Shown here in pieces: positions 50,853-58,192 of a stretch of DNA of 64,000 nucleotides. The translations under genes and the position numbers were made by a program. Location of the stretch: positions 3,302-67,301 of the forward strand of contig CAYWON010000011.1 in the NCBI GenBank assembly GCA_964459885.1, in the 5' to 3' direction. Each line of letters starts with the position of its first letter. Position 1 is the stretch's first letter. Under the pieces are notes generated by a model. The model saw nothing but the letters and a program-made list of their open reading frames with translations, was not told the DNA's origin and did no database searches. The stretch is from an uncultured Archangium sp. (GTDB lineage Bacteria > Myxococcota > Myxococcia > Myxococcales > Myxococcaceae).

Positions 50853-50858
50853 GCCCGG

Positions 50859-53573
50859 CTACCAGTACGTGACGCCGAACCGCTCTCCGAGGTTGAAGAG
50901 CTCGCGGTGGGCGTCTTGGTGACCGGGCCACTTTCGCTCGAGCTCTCTGAAGGTGGGCGTGTGCAGCGCCTGCAGATGCAGGTGCAGGAACTCGTGCCAC
51001 AGCAGGAACTTCAACGTGTCCGCCGACACGTCGGGACTGTCGAGCAGTCGGTTGATCATGATGCGCCCCTGGCCGTGGGCATCGCTGGGTTGCCACCTGG
51101 CCCAGCCGTACAAGTTCTTGAGGATGCGGTTGCTCCATTGCGGGCTCACCGACGAGGAGGTCGAGAGGTCAGCTTCGAGAATCGTGCTGCCCTGCCGCAG
51201 CACGTCGGCGAAGAGCGTCGGGAGACTGTGATGTGGGCCGAGCGTCATCTGGTCCTTCGGCCCGGGCTCGAAGACGGGCACTGCACGCGGCACGTGCGTG
51301 GCCTCGTCCGGGTGTTCGAGCTCATAGAGCGCATCGTTCACCGCACTCTGGAACGCACGCGGAGTTGGGTACACCACTCGGGCCAGCGGCGTGTAGCGCT
51401 CGTCGAGCAGCTGTTGCCGTCGCCGTTCGCCGAGGTCCTCGTCGCTGATGATGCGCGCGAGCGCCGCTGGGTCGCACTGCTCGCGTTCTTTCAGCGGTCG
51501 GAACGTCGGCCGTTCGCCGCGCGCGCGAACGTGCTCCAGCGCAGCGCGGAGCTGCTCGGTGCCAGGCGCTGGCGAGTCGCAGTCTGAGAAGAACTCGTCG
51601 AACAGCGCCTCGGCGGTCGCTCGCTCAAGCCGCTCGGCAGAGAGTGAGTAGAGGACCTTGAACAGCTGCTCCCAGCACGGGAGTTGGTGTTGGTACACGG
51701 CGATGGTCTGGCGGACCGGCTCGCCCTCGTCCTCGCGTTCGAGCACGTACCAGCCGTGGTGGAGTGCCTCGAACGCGTCCGCCTCGTGGCCCGGCCCCCG
51801 GAGGCGAATCTCGCGCACCAGCTCGACGACTGCGTCCCAGGGCAGCGCGACGCGGATGGATTCGAGCAAGTCGTCTGCATGGGGCTCGTCGTCGGCTGAA
51901 AGGCGGCCCGCCGGCTCGGCTTCGCTCGGCTCGGTGGGCGCGATGATGTCGGGTACCAAGGCCAGCTGGCCCTGCCAGTCGCGGAATCGTTCCCAGTGGT
52001 CCTCGAACGAGACGATGTACGCGGTGTCCTTTCCGCCGGCCGCGCGCCCACGCAGCGCTCGGCCGATCATCTGGCGCAGCAGAATCTCGCTGTGGGTCGG
52101 CCGCGTGAGGAACACCGTCTGCACGTTGGGGAGGTCGACGCCTTCGGTCACGATCTGCACGTTCACGAGCACGTCGATGCCACCGTCCTTCTCGCGGAAG
52201 CGCTGCAGGATCTCGGTGTTGTCGACGGCGTCGTCGTCGACGCGGTAGCTCGCGACGTACTCCGCCGCGACCTTCTCTTCCTTCAACATGTGCGTCAGCA
52301 ACGCGGCGTGGTCGACGTTGAGCGCGAAGATGAGCGTCTTGCCGTACTTCTCCTTGTTCTGTGTGTAGTGCCCGACGATCTCCCTGTTGCGCGGCACCAT
52401 GGCCGCGATGCGCGCGAGCCACGCCTCGCTCAGCTCGTCGAACCTCGCCATGTTCTCGAGGTCGGCTGGGGTGACGCCGTCCTCGACCTTCGCGCCGGTC
52501 AGCACGGTGATGGGAACCGGGCGGGCGAGGAACCCGCGCTCGATCAGTTCGGTCGTCGAGACCGAGTAGAGGATGCGGTCACCAAAGAGACGGGACAGTG
52601 TGGGCCGCTCGTCCTCGGCGGTGCGCGTCGGTGTCGCGGTCAGGCCGAGCAATCGACCGCTCGCGCCTTCGAAGCGAGCGATGACGTTGCGGTAGCTGCG
52701 CGCGACAGCGTGGTGCGCCTCGTCGATGACGACGAATGACCTCGGGTCCTTCAGCACTGCATCGATGAGGTCGAGGCGCCGAGACACGCTGCCGATCGAG
52801 CTGACGATGACGTCGTCGTGTGGATCGATCTGGGTCGTCGCGCAGTGTTCGCTTGAGACGATGCGTACCCTGAAGCGCTCTTTGGGCGCGGCGTGCGCGG
52901 CGAGCTTGTGGAACTCGCGAGCAGCCTGGTTCAGCAGCTCAGCGCGGTGGGCGAGCCACAGCACGCGGCCGCCTTTGGCGACGACGTGTTCGACCAACCA
53001 TCGAACGGCGGTGAACGTCTTTCCAGAGCCGGTGGGCATCACCAGCATGCCGCGGAAAGAGCCGGAGGCTTGCCCTTGTGCGAGGTGCGCCGAGAGCTTT
53101 TCCCAGGCCGCCTGCTGGTAGTCGTGCGGCGCTCGGTCATCGAGCGGTTGTGCGGCGGGCTTGATGATCGAGAAACGCGGCGTGAACGCAGCCGACGCGG
53201 GCTGGTTGTCGCGGTCTGCGTCTCCGAAGCGGATGAGTGTGTCCAGCAGCATCCGCCGCAGCCGGGACGAGTTTCGGGTGTCGCCGACGAAGCGCGCGGC
53301 CTCTTCAGTCGTGCTGGGCCGTATGTTCGTCGGCCCGAGACCTGCGTCGCGGAGGCGGTCCACGAGCAACGTCGTGCCTGCGTAGGTCGGCAGCCAGAGA
53401 GCCGCGAGCGTCTTCTTGTTCCGACCGACAAACTCCTCGTTCGGTCGTTTGACCTGCTCCGAGAGCCACGCTCTCGCGTCGGCGATGTCGTCGCGCCAGT
53501 CCTTTTCGTTTTGGGCCAGGGCCTTCACGACGGCATCGTCGAAGGCGCTCCAGGAGAAGCGGTACGCGGGCAT
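50859..53573 (-). CDS. SF2 (ResIII/DEAH-type) helicase with a C-terminal YgjP/DUF45-like HExxH metallopeptidase motif
   Basis: 904 aa. MPTGSGKT, VIDEAHH, GLTATP and QMIGRALRG. The C-terminal WHEFLHLHLQALHTPTFRELE can be compared with the YgjP-family HE..HL....H(S/T)P.F pattern. SD AAAGGA. Lies 21 bp downstream of hsdR. Confidence 0.85.
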   Translation of the reverse strand: MPAYRFSWSAFDDAVVKALAQNEKDWRDDIADARAWLSEQVKRPNEEFVGRNKKTLAALWLPTYAGTTLLVDRLRDAGLGPTNIRPSTTEEAARFVGDTRNSSRLRRMLLDTLIRFGDADRDNQPASAAFTPRFSIIKPAAQPLDDRAPHDYQQAAWEKLSAHLAQGQASGSFRGMLVMPTGSGKTFTAVRWLVEHVVAKGGRVLWLAHRAELLNQAAREFHKLAAHAAPKERFRVRIVSSEHCATTQIDPHDDVIVSSIGSVSRRLDLIDAVLKDPRSFVVIDEAHHAVARSYRNVIARFEGASGRLLGLTATPTRTAEDERPTLSRLFGDRILYSVSTTELIERGFLARPVPITVLTGAKVEDGVTPADLENMARFDELSEAWLARIAAMVPRNREIVGHYTQNKEKYGKTLIFALNVDHAALLTHMLKEEKVAAEYVASYRVDDDAVDNTEILQRFREKDGGIDVLVNVQIVTEGVDLPNVQTVFLTRPTHSEILLRQMIGRALRGRAAGGKDTAYIVSFEDHWERFRDWQGQLALVPDIIAPTEPSEAEPAGRLSADDEPHADDLLESIRVALPWDAVVELVREIRLRGPGHEADAFEALHHGWYVLEREDEGEPVRQTIAVYQHQLPCWEQLFKVLYSLSAERLERATAEALFDEFFSDCDSPAPGTEQLRAALEHVRARGERPTFRPLKEREQCDPAALARIISDEDLGERRRQQLLDERYTPLARVVYPTPRAFQSAVNDALYELEHPDEATHVPRAVPVFEPGPKDQMTLGPHHSLPTLFADVLRQGSTILEADLSTSSSVSPQWSNRILKNLYGWARWQPSDAHGQGRIMINRLLDSPDVSADTLKFLLWHEFLHLHLQALHTPTFRELERKWPGHQDAHRELFNLGERFGVTYW

Positions 53574-53594
53574 CGGGTGGTGGTCCTTTCGGGG

Positions 53595-56500
53595 TCAGCC
53601 GGTTTTCCAGATCTCGTCCTGCAGCTCGCCGACGACGTCGGTGAGCTTGCCGTCGAACACCTTGTCGATGCGCTCGAATCCGCCGTTGTCGCGGAAGGCG
53701 CCTTCGTCGAGCAGCGGCCGGTCGACGAGCTCGTTCTCAAGCACCGCCTTCGCGATGCGCTTGAGCCACTGCACCTGCGGGTTGCTCCACTTTCGTGACG
53801 CCAGCACGCGCTGCAACGCCTCGTTCACGCGTTGCTCGTATGGCTTGAGCGGCTCGCCCAGCGCCCCCTGGCGGATGTGCCCGATGATCGACGCGGCGAA
53901 GTCGGCGTTGGTCGTCGCCTTGTTGGCGGCGCGCAGCTGCGTCTCGGAGTAGCCGGCTTGATCCAGCTCGAGCTTCAGCTTCTTCAGCTCGGCGCGCGTG
54001 AGGTCGCGCGGTCGCTGCATGACGGCCTTGAGGGCGGTGACCTTGTTCTCGTTCTCCTTGAGGTAGCGCGAGAACGCGGCGAGGTACTCCTCGGGGCGCT
54101 GGCGGCCCGGCCCGAAGCCCACCGTGACCGAGACGAGCTCGTCGTCGTCATCCGCCACGATGGCGCCGAGCGCCTTCTTCTTCGTGGTGTCGAGCAAGCG
54201 CGTCACCTGCTGATGCGCCGCGAGCCACTTCGCCAACTCGACCGCGGACCCTGACACCAGCGACCGCAGCACCTCGTGAATCGACGCGCCCGCGGCCGCC
54301 TCGAAGCGCTCGGCGTCGGCGCCTTCCGAGAACAGCGCCTTGCGTCGTTGCAGCTTCGCGAGGAACTCGTCGCGCACGTGCTCCGCCGAAATGCCCTGCT
54401 GATGGGCGAGGTCTTCGGCCAGCTGCGCGAACGTGAACGACGGGTTGGCGACGACTGGCTTCATCGTCGTGAATTGCTCCAGCGCCGCGTACAGGTCGAC
54501 TGCGTCGAAGATGCGGAACGATTCCTTTCCAGGGAAGAGTCGCGTCGCGCGGCCCAGCATCTGCTCATAGAGAATTCGGCTGCGCACCCGTCGCAAGAAG
54601 ACGAGGTTGCTGATCGACGGCACGTCGACGCCGGTGGTGAGCAGGTCTACCGTCACCACCACCGACGGCAGTTGCTCGTTTTTGTATCGGCGAAGCAGGC
54701 CACTTGGGTCGTCGCTCTTGCCGGTGATCTTCTTCACCGAGTTCGCGTCGACCTCGCCGTAGCGCTTCTGGAACTCCGCGAGCATCAGCTTCACGACGAG
54801 ATCTGCGTGCTCGTCCGTCGCGCAGAAGATGAGCGTCTTCCCCGGCAGGCTGGGGTCGAGCTGTCGGGCGAGTTCCTCGCAGACGACACGGTTGAAGTTC
54901 TCGGTGATGACCTGGCGATTGAATGACTCGACCTCGAAGTCGACCTCGTCCTCAAGCGTCACGAAGTCGGGCTCTGGGTTGAGCGTGGTGACCCGCTCGC
55001 CGGCCTTGAAGTGAATGCCCTCGGTCGCGAGCTTCGTGGTGATGGTGATGGGCGGGTCGTGGTCGACGAGGAAGCCTTCGACCACTGCCTGCCGGTAGCC
55101 GTACTCGAAGACGGGGCGACCGAAGATCTCAGTGGTGTGGAACGCAGGCGTCGCGGTGAGGCCGACCTTCACCGCGTCGAAGAAGTCGAGCACCCGCCGG
55201 TAGACCGACAGGTACTCGTTCTGGTCGCGGAAGGTGAGCTCGGCTTCCGAGAGGTCTTTGTCGAGCGTGTACCCGCGGTGGCACTCGTCGACGACGATGC
55301 AGTCGTAGTCGTCCACGTGGAGCAACGGCACGTCGCCGGTTCCATCGAAGAGTCTGCGGGCGACGGCCTGCACCGTCGCGAAGTGGAGCCGCGTTTCCGG
55401 ATCGGGCGTGACGTCTTCGAGTTCCTTGATGTTGAAGATGTCGCTGAACTTGCGGGTGCCGTCGACGAACTCACTCTGGAAGGCCGCGGCCGCCTGTTCG
55501 CCGAGCGCGTTGCGGTCGACGAGGAACAGCACGCGGCGGAAGCGGCCGGTCTTCACCAGTCGGTAGATGAGGCCGATGAAGGTGCGCGTTTTCCCGGTGC
55601 CCGTCGCCATCGAGACCAGCACCTGCCGCTTGCCGGCTGCGATGCTGTCTTCCACCGCGCGAATGGCGCCGACCTGGTACGCGCGCAGGCCTGGCAGGTC
55701 CGCGGGTGACTCGTGCTTGAGCCGCTCGGTGGCTGCGTCGATGTCCTGCTTGAGCAGCTCTCGGAGACCGTCAGGTGTGTGCCATGCCGGGAGCGCGCGG
55801 GGCAGGTTGGTCGTCTTTCGTGCGTCGACGAACCAGATGCCCGACTTCGTCGTGAGCTGCTTGAACCAGGGGCGACCGTTCGTCGCGTAGAGGAATGGGA
55901 CGGCGAACTCGCCCCACGGTGCGGCTTCGGCGCGGTTCTCTTCGGGCAGTTCGAGGCCGCGCGCGTACCGCTGCGACTGCTCGAGTGACGCGCTGACGTC
56001 ACGAGCCTGGCGCTTGGCTTCGACGATTCCGACGGCGGTGAGCCCTGCGAAGAGCACGTAGTCAGCGGGGCCATTCTTCGTCGGCCACTCTGCGATCGCG
56101 AGGTTGCGGCCAGCGACCGGACGGGTTCCGTTGCTGTACCGAAGCGTCTGAGAGTCGGCTTCCCACAGGGCCTCGCGGAGCTGCTGGTCGATGATGAGGC
56201 GCGTGTCGGCTTCGTCGATCTGAATCGCCGCGCCCGCGTCGATGAGCTGCGCCGTGAACTTCTGCGTCTCTGCACTGGGTCTGGCCTCGGCTGCAGCGGC
56301 GGCGGCCTGAAGCGTCGCGAGCCGTTGCGCGTCGGCGTCCGCCGCGAGTTGTTCCCACAGCGCCGCGTCGGCCGCGTCCCGCTTCGCGCGCTCCTCGGCG
56401 TCGAGTCGTCGCCGCGACTCTTCAGCCGCGACCGCCTTCGCCGCCTCGACCGAGAGCTTCGCCTCTTCGAGGTGTTTCCGAAGGCGTTCCAGCTCGGCCC

Positions 56501-56954
56501 GAAGTTCCCGGGTTCCGGCGTCAGGGTCGACGGGCGGAACGAAGGGGCCGGGGCTGAACTTCGGCTGCCGGCTGAAGACGCGGTGAAACCAGATCGCGAG
56601 TTCTCGTGCGAGCTTGAGGCACGTCAGCGCGTCGCGGTGCGTGCCGCGGTTCTGGTGCGTCGCTTCGTTGCCGGCACGTCGGATCGCAGTGAAGGCTTCG
56701 TTCGCGTCCGGCGTCAGCGCGCGGGCGCTCTGAAGCCGGCGCACGAGGTCGTTCTGCGGTTCGAGCGGAATGATGGGCAGCCCGAGGTTCGCGGCGGTGC
56801 GTTGTGCCAGCAGTTCACCGAACTGACGCAGCTTGATGAGCGCCGTGACGGGGTCGTTCGCGAAGTACCGCTCGGCGAGGGCGCCGAGGAGAACCAGCTG
56901 CGGATCGTGGGACTGCAGGAAACCGAAATTCGCTGACGTAGGAACCCCGACCAT
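53595..56954 (-). CDS. hsdR: type I restriction endonuclease R subunit with an N-terminal DUF4145 and coiled-coil extension and an EcoEI-type C-terminal domain
   Basis: I chose the start at 56954 (MVGVPTSANFGFL). Nuclease motif ADYVLF...GIVEAKR. Helicase motifs MATGTGKT, VVDECHRG and GLTATP. The C-terminal domain resembles the EcoEI R C-terminal domain. Confidence 0.93.
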   Translation of the reverse strand: MVGVPTSANFGFLQSHDPQLVLLGALAERYFANDPVTALIKLRQFGELLAQRTAANLGLPIIPLEPQNDLVRRLQSARALTPDANEAFTAIRRAGNEATHQNRGTHRDALTCLKLARELAIWFHRVFSRQPKFSPGPFVPPVDPDAGTRELRAELERLRKHLEEAKLSVEAAKAVAAEESRRRLDAEERAKRDAADAALWEQLAADADAQRLATLQAAAAAAEARPSAETQKFTAQLIDAGAAIQIDEADTRLIIDQQLREALWEADSQTLRYSNGTRPVAGRNLAIAEWPTKNGPADYVLFAGLTAVGIVEAKRQARDVSASLEQSQRYARGLELPEENRAEAAPWGEFAVPFLYATNGRPWFKQLTTKSGIWFVDARKTTNLPRALPAWHTPDGLRELLKQDIDAATERLKHESPADLPGLRAYQVGAIRAVEDSIAAGKRQVLVSMATGTGKTRTFIGLIYRLVKTGRFRRVLFLVDRNALGEQAAAAFQSEFVDGTRKFSDIFNIKELEDVTPDPETRLHFATVQAVARRLFDGTGDVPLLHVDDYDCIVVDECHRGYTLDKDLSEAELTFRDQNEYLSVYRRVLDFFDAVKVGLTATPAFHTTEIFGRPVFEYGYRQAVVEGFLVDHDPPITITTKLATEGIHFKAGERVTTLNPEPDFVTLEDEVDFEVESFNRQVITENFNRVVCEELARQLDPSLPGKTLIFCATDEHADLVVKLMLAEFQKRYGEVDANSVKKITGKSDDPSGLLRRYKNEQLPSVVVTVDLLTTGVDVPSISNLVFLRRVRSRILYEQMLGRATRLFPGKESFRIFDAVDLYAALEQFTTMKPVVANPSFTFAQLAEDLAHQQGISAEHVRDEFLAKLQRRKALFSEGADAERFEAAAGASIHEVLRSLVSGSAVELAKWLAAHQQVTRLLDTTKKKALGAIVADDDDELVSVTVGFGPGRQRPEEYLAAFSRYLKENENKVTALKAVMQRPRDLTRAELKKLKLELDQAGYSETQLRAANKATTNADFAASIIGHIRQGALGEPLKPYEQRVNEALQRVLASRKWSNPQVQWLKRIAKAVLENELVDRPLLDEGAFRDNGGFERIDKVFDGKLTDVVGELQDEIWKTG

Positions 56955-57036
56955 TCCGGCGATGAGTGTAACTGCAAACATCGGCGAGGCCGAACTCAGC
57001 GGCGATGGCACGAATGGTGTATCGCTGCGGCCTCAG

Positions 57037-58182
57037 ATGACCGTCGCTTCCTGGATTGAGCTCTCGCAGTCGGCCTACGCCGCCAACGTCGCCACCTTCC
57101 GCAAGATCGCCGCCGGCGCGCGCGTGGGCGTGGTGCTGAAGGGGAACGCCTACGGCCACGGCCTCGTCGAGACGTTGTCGCTCGCGCACGCGTTGGTCGA
57201 CGTTATCTACGTCATCACCCCCAGCGAGGCCGCGGCGATTCGCGCGTGGGAGAAGGCGAACAGCCGACCGCCCCGCGAGGTCCTCGTCATCGGTGCGGTG
57301 TCGGCGCAAGACGTCGTCGACCTCGCGCGGCTGAACGTCAGCGTCGTCGCGGCAGATCGTGGCTTCGACGCCGCGTTGCGTGCGCTCGAGGCGGCGGGGC
57401 TCGAGACCGACGTGCACGTGCACCTCGACACCGGTCTGGGTCGCGAAGGCTTCACCCGCGCCGCACTCGAGCGGGGCGACGCTGATTTCCTGAAGGGCGC
57501 CCGGGTGCGCGGCGTCATGAGCCACTTCGCCAACACCGAAGACGTCACCGAGCAGGACTACGCGCGCACCCAGCTCGCGAACTTCGAAGCGGGCGAGGCG
57601 CTCGTGCGGCAACGCCTCGGTGTCACCGCACTCCAGCGTCACTTCGCCGCGAGCGCGGCGGCGTTGGTGCTGCCTCCCGCGCGACTCGATGTCGTGCGCG
57701 TCGGCATCGCGATGTACGGGCTGTGGCCCTCGGCCGAGACGCGGCTGTCGGCGCGCGTGGTGTTGGGTGAGGTGCCGACCCTCGAGCCGGTCGCGTCGTG
57801 GAAGGCACCCAGCCAGGTCGTGAAGTGGCTGCCGGCGGGCAGCTTCGTTGGCTACGGCTGCACGTACCGTTGCGCCGCTGACACGCGCGTCGCCGTGCTG
57901 CCCGTTGGCTATTGGGACGGCTACCCGCGCCTCGCGTCTGGCAAGGCGCACGTGTTGGTCAACGGCGCCCGCTGTTCTGTCCTCGGCCGCGTCATGATGA
58001 ACCACCTCATCGTCGACGTGACCCACGCGGTGAAGGACGACGCGCCCGTCACGGCGACGCTGCTGGGCCGGGACGGCGACGAGGCCATCTCTGCAGAGAC
58101 GCTCAGCGCCTGGGCCCAGACGATTCACTACGAGACGATGACCCGGGTTGGCGCACATCTGCGCCGTGCCGTCGTGCCCTGA
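57037..58182 (+). CDS. alr: alanine racemase
   Basis: Start MTVASW at 57037. PLP-Lys motif VLKGNAYGHG, plus VRVGIAMYG and GYGCTY. Confidence 0.9.
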   Translation: MTVASWIELSQSAYAANVATFRKIAAGARVGVVLKGNAYGHGLVETLSLAHALVDVIYVITPSEAAAIRAWEKANSRPPREVLVIGAVSAQDVVDLARLNVSVVAADRGFDAALRALEAAGLETDVHVHLDTGLGREGFTRAALERGDADFLKGARVRGVMSHFANTEDVTEQDYARTQLANFEAGEALVRQRLGVTALQRHFAASAAALVLPPARLDVVRVGIAMYGLWPSAETRLSARVVLGEVPTLEPVASWKAPSQVVKWLPAGSFVGYGCTYRCAADTRVAVLPVGYWDGYPRLASGKAHVLVNGARCSVLGRVMMNHLIVDVTHAVKDDAPVTATLLGRDGDEAISAETLSAWAQTIHYETMTRVGAHLRRAVVP

Positions 58183-58192
58183 CCTCTCGGCT

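Larger units (their letters stand above)
44945..57011. other. putative horizontally acquired defence island (type I R-M plus accessory genes)
   Basis: A contiguous block of restriction and helicase genes with visibly more A/T at third codon positions than its neighbours, bounded by alr and the QC/zinc-ribbon genes. No integrase, tRNA or flanking direct repeats were found. Confidence 0.55.

Noticed and set aside
44017-57036. Mobile element hallmarks (integrase, transposase, tRNA target, terminal direct or inverted repeats) at the island borders
   Set aside because: I looked through both junction regions and all ORFs and found none. I therefore describe the block only as a compositionally distinct accessory island, not as a defined mobile element.
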